From positions 1 through 10,226 of the IMG/VR virus record IMGVR_UViG_2690316311_000004: a stretch of 10,226 nt of DNA; one strand, given 5' to 3'. Positions 1 through 5,884 of the stretch are shown here, piece by piece (the first letter of the stretch is position 1; each line of letters opens with the position of its first letter). The DNA is from a virus. Lineage: Duplodnaviria; Heunggongvirae; Uroviricota; Caudoviricetes. The translations under genes were made by a program, and so were the position numbers. Under the pieces are notes generated by a model that was not told the DNA's origin, made no database searches, and was given only the letters and a program-made list of their open reading frames with translations.

Positions 1-541
1 ATACGTCGTGCCCGTCTTCCTGTAACTGGTTCAGCAGATTCATCAGCAGTGAGTTCTCCGTCAGGCCGAGAACACCAGACGGCGAATGAATCAGGCTGCG
101 GTAGCCGGGCTTCAGTGGGGCGCTGTATTCTTTTTTGTCTTCCAGCTTGATCGCCTCCATAATGGCGGGCATGAAGCCTGACAAGACCTTCTCCACTTTT
201 GTTTCTTGTTGTCTTAAACGTTTCTCGCATTCAATGAAGTAGCGTCGTACCTGACGACCTTTTTCGTTACGCTCGACCATTGCTAGTTCTTTGGCTGTAT
301 CGAGGGTGAGGTGGTACTCTTTGCGGTTGTGGCCGCCTCTACCAGATGTTTGCTTTCCCAAATTGGAAAGCAAAATATAGTCTTGATTTTCAATGAATTC
401 GTATTCTGAAATGCGATTTGTAATCCATGCTGCAAACACCTTTTTAACACCTAAAAAAGCGTGCAGATCGCGGGCATTGCAAAGTAGGGCTGTTTCGTTA
501 GATATAGTGCCGTTGAATACGGGGATGAGTTGACTGGTCAT
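1..541 (-). CDS. Phage antirepressor, AntA/KilAC-type (N-terminal ~180 codons; 3' end runs off the window start)
   Basis: Minus-strand ORF with ATG at 541-539 preceded by AAGGAGG (plus 547-553) 5 nt upstream; no stop before position 1. Translation [58 protein letters not shown]...[42 protein letters not shown] fits the AntA-type antirepressor N-terminal domain as I recall it. Not in the ORF track because truncated. Confidence 0.8.
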   Translation of the reverse strand, partial: MTSQLIPVFNGTISNETALLCNARDLHAFLGVKKVFAAWITNRISEYEFIENQDYILLSNLGKQTSGRGGHNRKEYHLTLDTAKELAMVERNEKGRQVRRYFIECEKRLRQQETKVEKVLSGFMPAIMEAIKLEDKKEYSAPLKPGYRSLIHSPSGVLGLTENSLLMNLLNQLQEDGHDV

Positions 542-570
542 GATGACCTCCTTTGAAGTTTTAGTTAGCA

Positions 571-593
571 ATCACCAGTTAGTAGCTGGTGAT
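571..593. promoter_or_regulatory. Perfect 8-bp inverted repeat ATCACCAG-ttagtag-CTGGTGAT about 30 bp upstream of the antirepressor start
   Basis: Visible; lies in the antirepressor promoter/5' leader region on the minus strand. Binding factor unknown. Confidence 0.35.
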
Positions 594-705
594 CGGGTGT
601 CAACTAGAGCCTTCAAAGACGCTCCGGGCATATTCCCCTTTTGGGTATTGTATTACGCCTCTCCACCCGACCTTTGTACGGATGTGACTATGCCAAATTG
701 CAGGC

Positions 706-735
706 ATAAAAAAGCCGCAAAGCTATCGGGTGCGG
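706..735 (-). terminator. Possible weak terminator ending the leftward operon
   Basis: Minus-strand RNA CCGCA-(11-nt loop)-UGCGG followed by CUUUUUUAUG; short stem and long loop. Confidence 0.3.
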
Positions 736-865
736 GTGACCGCTTTGAAGTTCTAGTGCGGTCAGTATGCGATAGCTCTGGCGGCATTGTCAAATCATGC
801 GCCACTGAGTCCAGCAATCTCTGCAATACCAATAGCGAGATAATCGCGATTCGTCAGGCGTGATT

Positions 866-1114
866 TTATTGCATATGTCTTAGCTCCACTGAAGTTGTGA
901 TTTTATATGGGTTGCCTTTTACCTCAATAACACGATGAGGATCATTTTTTAGCTCTTCCGTAATCTTCCGTAATCTTCTAACAGCTGAACTTCGGTGTTT
1001 ATAACGGTAAGTTACAGTTTCTTTTCTCTGCAATACCTCATCATTGCGGTACTTAGTCAAAACCATGACGACTTCAAACCTGACGCCGTTGTGTGCAACC
1101 ATAATCTGCTTCAT
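866..1114 (-). CDS. Small basic hypothetical protein (82 aa), translationally coupled to the upstream methyltransferase
   Basis: ATG at 1114-1112 overlaps the methyltransferase TGA (ATGA overlap); GGGAG about 9 nt upstream. Product MKQIMVAHNGVRFEVVMVLTKYRNDEVLQRKETVTYRYKHRSSAVRRLRKITEELKNDPHRVIEVKGNPYKITTSVELRHMQ is K/R-rich with no family I recognise. Contains a 10-bp tandem repeat that sets the C-terminal frame. The ORF track extends it to 1234, which I consider unlikely. Confidence 0.45.
   Translation of the reverse strand: MKQIMVAHNGVRFEVVMVLTKYRNDEVLQRKETVTYRYKHRSSAVRRLRKITEELKNDPHRVIEVKGNPYKITTSVELRHMQ
955..978. repeat. Tandem repeat of the 10-mer CTTCCGTAAT (2.4 copies) inside the 866..1114 ORF
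   Basis: Directly visible: cttccgtaat at 955-964 and 965-974, then cttc at 975-978. The period is not a multiple of 3, so copy number determines the reading frame of the last ~30 codons. Confidence 0.9.
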
Positions 1115-1761
1115 GCTGCACGCTCCCGCCCCTGGTTGTCTGTTGGTGACAGCGGAGCATTGCTGAATGCATTTGTTAATCCGCCAATATCCAACGCGTA
1201 TCCAGGGTGTAGTTGCACTGCCGGGTCTTCGCACTGATTACCCCAAACATCGAAACCATGAGACGACTGGCGGGCGAACAGTTCAATGCGAGAAACATCG
1301 CCTAACAATTGCACAAGTTTTTCACGAACGATATCTGGTTTTCTTGAATGCTCAAGCCGCGGTGCGGTAAATGACTGAACGATCCCTGCATTAATGCGCG
1401 TAGGTAGTTTTCCCTTTACCGCAAACAGGCAATCTTCACTATTGGCGCGAGTCATGTGCCCCATACCCATAACCAGTTTATCTGGTTGTCGACTACCACA
1501 TTTTATCCACGTGAAGCCCTTCATGGTCATCAGACGGAATCCCCAGGCTTCAACAACTTTTAGTGCTTCGAGTGGTTGTGTTGGCACCCACCACATGGCC
1601 AACAGACAGTTTTCATCGGCCAAATCCCACACAGGAAGGCGGCAGATATCCAGCACACTCATAACCGGATATTTAAAACCGGCACCGCGATTACCATCTG
1701 CGGCTTTGTCCCGGTATACCCAGGGTGGATCTGCATAGATTAGTGTGTATTTCTTAGTCAT
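1111..1761 (-). CDS. MT-A70-family (beta-class) N6-adenine DNA methyltransferase
   Basis: 216-aa ORF with ATG at 1761-1759. N-terminal LIYADPPWVY (DPPW catalytic motif) and C-terminal RIELFARQSSHGFDVWGNQ are characteristic of the MT-A70 family as recalled. Stop overlaps the start of the downstream small ORF. Confidence 0.85.
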   Translation of the reverse strand: MTKKYTLIYADPPWVYRDKAADGNRGAGFKYPVMSVLDICRLPVWDLADENCLLAMWWVPTQPLEALKVVEAWGFRLMTMKGFTWIKCGSRQPDKLVMGMGHMTRANSEDCLFAVKGKLPTRINAGIVQSFTAPRLEHSRKPDIVREKLVQLLGDVSRIELFARQSSHGFDVWGNQCEDPAVQLHPGYALDIGGLTNAFSNAPLSPTDNQGRERAA

Positions 1762-2053
1762 AAACCACCCCGCAACATCCTATGCCGCTATAGTCGCCAC
1801 GGCGAAGGCCGTTACCTTTTGTGATACATTGGTCCCTGCGAACCGCGATCCTTGCACGCTCAACATCACCAGAAGCAACATCCATACACTGAAGCCAAAG
1901 GTGGGCGGCAATGCGGAACTGCCCTTTTTTCTCTCTTTCAATCGCGCGTTTTTCGATCTCTATCGCCGCAGGAGTAACGGCAACAACCTTTGAAGGGCTG
2001 CGCATTGAAACCTTGTTCATGTGATATTTTTCAAGTCGGCTTAACTTTCTCAC
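1754..2053 (-). CDS. Hypothetical protein; start uncertain (GTG 2053, or ATG at 2020 or 2005)
   Basis: ORF overlaps the methyltransferase start by 8 nt, suggesting co-translation. The GTG at 2053 has no good SD; the ATG at 2005 has AAGG 5 nt upstream. No recognisable domain. Confidence 0.4.
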   Translation of the reverse strand: MRKLSRLEKYHMNKVSMRSPSKVVAVTPAAIEIEKRAIEREKKGQFRIAAHLWLQCMDVASGDVERARIAVRRDQCITKGNGLRRGDYSGIGCCGVVYD

Positions 2054-2162
2054 TTAATCCAACCATCTCTGAAAATTAATGCCAGCAGATAAAGCCATGC
2101 AGAAACAGAGGCCAGGAATAAGTACCATCCTGACCATTTGCTCCAGTGCCTTAGCAGCACAC

Positions 2163-2411
2163 TCATGCCGCGTTGCTCACGGGACGATATACACGTTGCT
2201 GAACAGGAGGTTTTTTACCCTGGAACTCTGCCGGGCTTGCTGCCTGACGTTCATCAAGCCAACGCTCAACTTCATCACGGTTCCATGCGCAGCGTTTATC
2301 GGTGATATACCAGCGTTTAGGAAATTCCCCTGCGCGCTCCATACGGTCGATAGTGCTCCATGACAGTGGCACCACCGCCAGGAGTTCCTTCTTACCTAAT
2401 GCACCTTTCAT
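2163..2411 (-). CDS. AlpA-family phage transcriptional regulator / excisionase-like HTH protein
   Basis: 82-aa ORF with ATG at 2411-2409 and AGAGAGG SD 6 nt upstream. LLAVVPLSWSTIDRMERAGEFPKRWYITDKRCAWNRDEVERWLDERQA matches the AlpA/Xis-type winged-helix pattern (S-STIYR-IK-G-FP-...W...EV-.W) from memory. Confidence 0.75.
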   Translation of the reverse strand: MKGALGKKELLAVVPLSWSTIDRMERAGEFPKRWYITDKRCAWNRDEVERWLDERQAASPAEFQGKKPPVQQRVYRPVSNAA

Positions 2412-2433
2412 AAATACCTCTCTTGGTTGCAGT

Positions 2434-2452
2434 GCGGCGCGCGTGGCGCCGC
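2434..2452. other. Perfect 7-bp GC-only inverted repeat (GCGGCGC-gcgtg-GCGCCGC) between the annealing-protein and AlpA-like genes
   Basis: Visible in the sequence; no T-run follows on either strand, so it is not a canonical intrinsic terminator. Confidence 0.4.
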
Positions 2453-2460
2453 GGTGGTGG

Positions 2461-3342
2461 TTACATAGATGTTTCGTTTAATTCTTCCCGACGAACGCTG
2501 TAAACGTCGGTGGCTTTTGCCAGCAGTTCGTCATCATCTGAAAGTTTTTGTGCAATGTATTTGTAAGCCTTATCCAGTTCGGAGACAGTGCTGTAATTCA
2601 TCGCTGCGCTGGTAAAGGCCATCAGCATTTCTTCTGGATCACGGCTATCCGCTTTACGCGTTTGCTCATCAGGCTTTTTCGCTGGTTTAGCGTTGATCAG
2701 ACTGTTCATTCCCGCAGCAGTGGTCGTTTGCGGAGTAATGTCTCGCTCAACGCGCGGTGCCGTTTCCTGTAATTCGTCAGGGGTGTAAACACCGAGAAGT
2801 ACATCAGGAGCGTGCAGGCGAGCCCATCGTTTCGTGCAAAGATAGGCAAGCTGCTGGCGCGGATCCTGTTCCCACAATGGAGAGTTACGCACTCCGGCTT
2901 GCGCCATACTGATGGTAAGCTCACGGGGTTCTGCTTCTCCTTTAAGAACTGCTGACACAGTTACCGTCAGATTCGGTGATTTATCTGTTTTGCCGTTAAC
3001 ATTCGACCAGTCACCGCTCCAGCGATAATTCAGGCGTGTCGCTAGCAGGCTGGAAGAGGATACGACCGCGTTTACCAACTGTGCTTCGTAGCCTAACGTT
3101 CCGTTTACCACATGCGTTTTCTGCGCCACGGCGAAAGGATTCATTCCCCACTGTGCCGCCTGCATGGTCACCGCCAGACAATCGGCAGGTTTGCCTTCAA
3201 GATGTTTCGGTACAGTCGCTTTGCTTTGTGACATCAACTCCGCGAAACGCACCAGTTGATTCATGCCCTCCGGGCTGAAGATTGCCGCAGCAGTACCTAC
3301 AGTTGCGCCTGGTTGTGATGTGATTGCGATATCATTGCTCAT
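2461..3342 (-). CDS. Single-strand annealing recombinase, Bet (Red-beta)/RecT superfamily
   Basis: 293-aa ORF whose ATG overlaps the exonuclease stop (ATGA). Segments MQAAQWGMNPFAVAQKTHVVNGTLGYEAQL, QQLAYLCTKRWARLHAPDVLLGVY and ERDITP parallel lambda Bet (ANQYGLNPW..., KAMIQCARLAFGFAGIY, ERDITP) as I recall it. Sits directly after an exonuclease gene. Confidence 0.85.
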   Translation of the reverse strand: MSNDIAITSQPGATVGTAAAIFSPEGMNQLVRFAELMSQSKATVPKHLEGKPADCLAVTMQAAQWGMNPFAVAQKTHVVNGTLGYEAQLVNAVVSSSSLLATRLNYRWSGDWSNVNGKTDKSPNLTVTVSAVLKGEAEPRELTISMAQAGVRNSPLWEQDPRQQLAYLCTKRWARLHAPDVLLGVYTPDELQETAPRVERDITPQTTTAAGMNSLINAKPAKKPDEQTRKADSRDPEEMLMAFTSAAMNYSTVSELDKAYKYIAQKLSDDDELLAKATDVYSVRREELNETSM

Positions 3343-4160
3343 ACGTACATATCCTGTTTACGTGCCCAGTCAGGGCGTTTAATAATTTCCACTCCGCCCC
3401 ACTCATCGTTGATGCGGCATTCGTGATAGGTATTCAGATCCCGGCGGAACAGAGCGTGCCCGGCATCGACATCCGGCGCATCCAGCTCGAACACGCGTAC
3501 CGGATACCGACCACAATCAATGCTTTCGCTCACGGCAAGAAAGAAAAAACCATGTGGCTGACCAGTAACCCTCATTGCGCCTTCGCGGTACATTGCGTCC
3601 TGCACGTGGTAGCGGAACTCCTCGATGTGGCGTGCAAAACGGTCCATATCTGCAACCTTTTTCACGTCGACGATCACGTTGTGCTCGTTCAGCCATTTGT
3701 CTGGACGAATTCGGCACAACTCACCCGTATCTTCATCGTTCCAGTACATTGATGCTTCGCAGTAACCATGTGCTTCCAACATCCAGCGTGCCGCCGGGTG
3801 AGCCATTGCGCTATCACGCATCAGCTCCAGTTTTCGCCACTGCTCTGCATCAAGTACCGAAATCCCCATATCCGCTACATCACGAATAAATGCCTCTTCG
3901 TCAGCTTTACCTTGTTTTGTCCGACGATCGAATTTCGGTGAAACGATGAAGCGTTTGTCAAACTCTCCAGGTTCCAGAAGCAGACAGTGCAGAGCAGTAC
4001 CCATGTCCAGTGCAGACTTCTTCTCTTCGTCTTCCGGAGCAGCCTTCACCCATTTCAGAAGGGCAGGGTTCTTAGCCACCATATCTAGCTGCGACTTACT
4101 CACGCCGTCACCGGCGTGGTAGTCCTCGTTGCTGATATCGAAATAAATTCCCGGATTCAT
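3339..4160 (-). CDS. Exonuclease VIII-like (RecE C-terminal type) PD-(D/E)XK nuclease, recombination partner of the annealing protein
   Basis: 273-aa ORF. N-terminal GIYFDISNEDYH, a PDKW...VIVDVKKV (D...D-x-K) block and HVQDAMYREG (Q-x3-Y) fit the PD-(D/E)XK fold of prophage exodeoxyribonuclease VIII-like proteins (recalled). Coupled to ORFs on both sides by ATGA overlaps. Confidence 0.8.
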   Translation of the reverse strand: MNPGIYFDISNEDYHAGDGVSKSQLDMVAKNPALLKWVKAAPEDEEKKSALDMGTALHCLLLEPGEFDKRFIVSPKFDRRTKQGKADEEAFIRDVADMGISVLDAEQWRKLELMRDSAMAHPAARWMLEAHGYCEASMYWNDEDTGELCRIRPDKWLNEHNVIVDVKKVADMDRFARHIEEFRYHVQDAMYREGAMRVTGQPHGFFFLAVSESIDCGRYPVRVFELDAPDVDAGHALFRRDLNTYHECRINDEWGGVEIIKRPDWARKQDMYV

Positions 4161-4456
4161 GCCGCGTCCCTCTGCCCATCAAGCTGATCCGCCAGCTCCC
4201 AGCGGGCGATAATTGCCATTGCCTCTCGCCGATAGGCATCCATCAGTTCTTCGAACTCAGGGCTGTCTTTAGCAGCCTCCAGCACTTCCTGACGAACGCC
4301 TTTGCCTGTTACAACGTCAAAAGTTGAGGCCAGTTGATGAAGCCGGATACTCTCAATCAGTTCGACTTGTCGGTCATATAGCTGTTCTGACAGGCGGTAG
4401 TCCTTGTCGAATGCCAGCATGATTTTTTGAAGATTTTTCTGCTGATTAACGTTCAT
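4157..4456 (-). CDS. Hypothetical protein occupying the gam-like position upstream of the exonuclease
   Basis: ATG at 4456-4454 (MNVNQQKNLQKIM...) with GGGAGGG SD 8 nt upstream. The ORF-track start at 4471 lies inside that SD, so I prefer 4456. No confident family assignment; not obviously lambda Gam. Confidence 0.6.
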   Translation of the reverse strand: MNVNQQKNLQKIMLAFDKDYRLSEQLYDRQVELIESIRLHQLASTFDVVTGKGVRQEVLEAAKDSPEFEELMDAYRREAMAIIARWELADQLDGQRDAA

Positions 4457-4458
4457 TA

Positions 4459-4611
4459 TCAGCCCTCCCATATCTCGTTATCGTTGGCCACATCGCGAGC
4501 TTCTTTGCTGACGAAAGCCCACTTAATACCTTCCTGTAAGGTGCGGAACTTCCAGCTCATGAATCCGCATGCAGTAACGCAGTACCAACCGTTGATGATT
4601 TTCCACTGCAT
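4459..4611 (-). CDS. Small ORF (50 aa) at the kil-like first position of the leftward operon
   Basis: ATG at 4611-4609 with GAGG SD 9 nt upstream. Product MQWKIINGWYCVTACGFMSWKFRTLQEGIKWAFVSKEARDVANDNEIWEG. Its stop lies in the SD of the next gene. Absent from the ORF track, presumably under a length cut-off. Confidence 0.35.
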   Translation of the reverse strand: MQWKIINGWYCVTACGFMSWKFRTLQEGIKWAFVSKEARDVANDNEIWEG

Positions 4612-4667
4612 AACTTGTTACCTCGGCCTGTTATCGTTGAGGTAATAATTATGCGTATCTGGTTTGA

Positions 4668-4673
4668 TGTCAA
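4668..4673 (-). promoter_or_regulatory. Candidate -35 hexamer (TTGACA on the minus strand) of a pL-like leftward early promoter
   Basis: Perfect TTGACA on the minus strand about 55 nt upstream of the 4611 start. The -10 is ambiguous (CATAAT/TAATTA at about 4645-4652). An operator palindrome lies just upstream at 4693-4707. Confidence 0.35.
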
Positions 4674-4692
4674 TAGATATGAGTTAAAAAAA

Positions 4693-4707
4693 TTACCCAT
4701 TAGGTAA
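4693..4707. promoter_or_regulatory. Operator-like palindrome TTACCC-att-AGGTAA (copy 1 of 6)
   Basis: Visible palindrome, extendable to ATTACCCATTAGGTAAT (4692-4708). Sits between the repressor-gene terminator and the leftward promoter. Confidence 0.6.
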
Positions 4708-4717
4708 TCGAATAGGC

Positions 4718-4744
4718 AATAAAAAAGCCGCCTTCTGGCGGCTT
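4718..4744 (-). terminator. Intrinsic terminator of the repressor gene (minus strand)
   Basis: Minus-strand RNA reads AAGCCGCC-AGAA-GGCGGC followed by TTTTTTATT: a 6-7 bp GC stem with 4-nt loop and U-run, 20 nt downstream of the repressor stop. Confidence 0.75.
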
Positions 4745-4764
4745 ACTTACTGAAAAATATGATT

Positions 4765-5349
4765 TTATTGTTTGTTTTTTTCGTTCTGGTTGATGACAAA
4801 TTCAATGTAACTTTCGATCTTTGCTTTCTCGGTTTCGGGTAACAATGCGTAGCGCGAGCGATCATAGTTGATGGTCGCAGGGTCGTGCGGGTGAATCAGT
4901 AATTCATAGCCGTGACGCCCGAATGCGGATGCAACATTCTCCAGGGTGGAAATGGAAACGCTGACCTCATTGTTTAACAGGCGGCTGATTGTCACTTGGG
5001 CGACGCCGGATGCGCGGTGTAGTTTTCCCTGCGTTGAAAGGTCGCGGCTTTCGCTCATCCAGCGTTCCAGGTTGTGAGCCGCCAGCTGACCTATATCGCT
5101 CGGGCCGACAGGCTGAAAACCCTCCTGAGAAAGCGAGCGATCAATATCAAGCCAGTTACGGGGTTTATTGGCGGCAGCTTCAATTTTTCGTGCAACCTGG
5201 TCGCCGATAACCTTCTTGCCAAGAGCCCAGCGGTTTACCAGATTTGCCTGAGTTCCAAGTTTTTCTGCCATCCGCGTCTGAACACCATTGAATTCACGGT
5301 CGATCAAGTCGTTGAGATTTTGCCTGCGGACGTCCTGGATACTTTTCAT
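4765..5349 (-). CDS. Prophage repressor candidate with two tandem HTH (XRE/CI-type) domains and no recognisable S24 peptidase domain
   Basis: 194-aa ORF divergent from the Cro-like gene. First HTH around QTRMAEKLGTQANLVNRWALGKKVIGDQVARKI; second around LHRASGVAQVTISRLLNNEVSVSISTLENVASAFG. No Ala-Gly/Ser-Lys autocleavage module seen. Poor SD, consistent with a near-leaderless maintenance transcript. Confidence 0.8.
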   Translation of the reverse strand: MKSIQDVRRQNLNDLIDREFNGVQTRMAEKLGTQANLVNRWALGKKVIGDQVARKIEAAANKPRNWLDIDRSLSQEGFQPVGPSDIGQLAAHNLERWMSESRDLSTQGKLHRASGVAQVTISRLLNNEVSVSISTLENVASAFGRHGYELLIHPHDPATINYDRSRYALLPETEKAKIESYIEFVINQNEKNKQ

Positions 5350-5372
5350 TTTCTGGAAAATCGCCTCATATA

Positions 5373-5391
5373 TGAATCAGTAGATGATTCA
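5373..5391. promoter_or_regulatory. Unique perfect palindrome TGAATCA-gtaga-TGATTCA about 25 bp upstream of the repressor start
   Basis: 7-bp arms with 5-bp spacer, visible in the sequence. A different motif from the recurrent TTACC/GGTAA palindrome and not repeated elsewhere in the window. Confidence 0.4.
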
Positions 5392-5404
5392 ATTTAAAGC
5401 AATA

Positions 5405-5419
5405 TTACCCAACAGGTAA
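5405..5419. promoter_or_regulatory. Operator-like palindrome TTACCC-aac-AGGTAA (copy 2 of 6), OR-like region
   Basis: Visible palindrome in the divergent repressor/cro intergenic region. Confidence 0.6.
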
Positions 5420-5449
5420 ATGCACCTCATAGGTAACTATCCTTGATTT

Positions 5450-5478
5450 TTGTTACCTTATGGGTGAATATTTATTAT
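5450..5478 (+). promoter_or_regulatory. Candidate pR-like promoter for the Cro-like gene (-35 TTGTTA 5450-5455, 17-bp spacer, -10 TATTAT 5473-5478)
   Basis: Hexamers read by eye; an alternative -35 is TTGATT at 5443-5448. Operator copy 3 lies between -35 and -10. Confidence 0.4.
5453..5467. promoter_or_regulatory. Operator-like palindrome TTACCT-tat-GGGTGA (copy 3 of 6, one mismatch)
   Basis: Visible; overlaps the proposed pR spacer. Confidence 0.5.
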
Positions 5479-5503
5479 CTGAAATAAATATCAGGCAATA
5501 GCT

Positions 5504-5734
5504 ATGAGCGATAACGGACATTTCGATTTCAAAAAGCACTGGCTTGCACTTACTCCGGATGAGCGTGAAGCCTTCGCACAGGAAGCCGGAACAACGAGTC
5601 ACTATATCCAGACTCACTTAACAGGTAAGCGCAAAATGCCAGGTAAGGTATTGATGAATGGGCTTTTTAAAGCCTGTAAAACAAGACAATGGCTGCGCTC
5701 AAAAGCAGAACTGGCATACTTCTTCTACTCATGA
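5504..5734 (+). CDS. Cro-like / YdaS-like small HTH regulator
   Basis: 76-aa ORF divergent from the repressor. HTH-like segment EAFAQEAGTTSHYIQTHLTGKRKMPGKVL. Followed by an intrinsic terminator. Weak SD (AGG 8 nt upstream). Confidence 0.65.
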   Translation: MSDNGHFDFKKHWLALTPDEREAFAQEAGTTSHYIQTHLTGKRKMPGKVLMNGLFKACKTRQWLRSKAELAYFFYS

Positions 5735-5756
5735 TATCCAGCTACAACCCTCTGTA

Positions 5757-5782
5757 GACCGCCACCCGGCGGTCTTTTCATA
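5757..5782 (+). terminator. tR1-like intrinsic terminator after the Cro-like gene
   Basis: GACCGCC-accc-GGCGGTC followed by TTTTCATATCTATT: 7-bp GC-rich stem, 4-nt loop, T-rich tail. Confidence 0.65.
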
Positions 5783-5789
5783 TCTATTC

Positions 5790-5804
5790 GTACCTCAAAG
5801 GTAA
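5790..5804. promoter_or_regulatory. Operator-like palindrome GTACCT-caa-AGGTAA (copy 4 of 6, one mismatch)
   Basis: Visible; immediately downstream of the tR1-like terminator. Confidence 0.45.
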
Positions 5805-5884
5805 TAAAAAACCAAATCTGGTTGATCTTTTTTTTGTGTCAGCACAAAATGACCGTAATCCCAATACTAATAACAGGGCTTACC

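Noticed and set aside
540-863. Plus-strand 107-aa ORF filling the antirepressor upstream region
   Set aside because: No SD; it begins on the complement of the antirepressor start/SD and spans the repeat-rich regulatory region. More likely non-coding leader/promoter DNA.
541-865. Search for a LexA box (CTGT-N8-ACAG) upstream of the antirepressor
   Set aside because: No match found here; the nearest CTGT-N8-GCAG-like string (about 7081-7096) is inside the P coding region. LexA control of the antirepressor is therefore not supported by this sequence.
995-1993. Plus-strand ORFs 995..1237, 1167..1370, 1394..1738 and 1745..1993
   Set aside because: All are antisense to the minus-strand methyltransferase cassette, which has strong family signatures and coupled starts. 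None has a convincing SD.
2079-2363. Plus-strand 94-aa ORF
   Set aside because: Antisense to the AlpA-like gene, which has a good SD and a recognisable HTH pattern.
2548-4160. ORFs 2548..2772(+), 2706..2924(-), 3036..3278(+), 3324..3752(+), 3517..3717(-) and 3575..3889(+)
   Set aside because: Overlapping, antisense or out-of-frame shadows inside the annealing-protein and exonuclease genes; Arg/Pro/Cys-rich translations typical of off-frame reading.
4427-4645. Plus-strand 72-aa ORF
   Set aside because: Antisense to the small ORF at 4459..4611 and the start of 4157..4456; the minus-strand genes have proper SDs and coupling.
4989-5397. Plus-strand ORFs 4989..5210 and 5074..5397
   Set aside because: Antisense to the tandem-HTH repressor gene.
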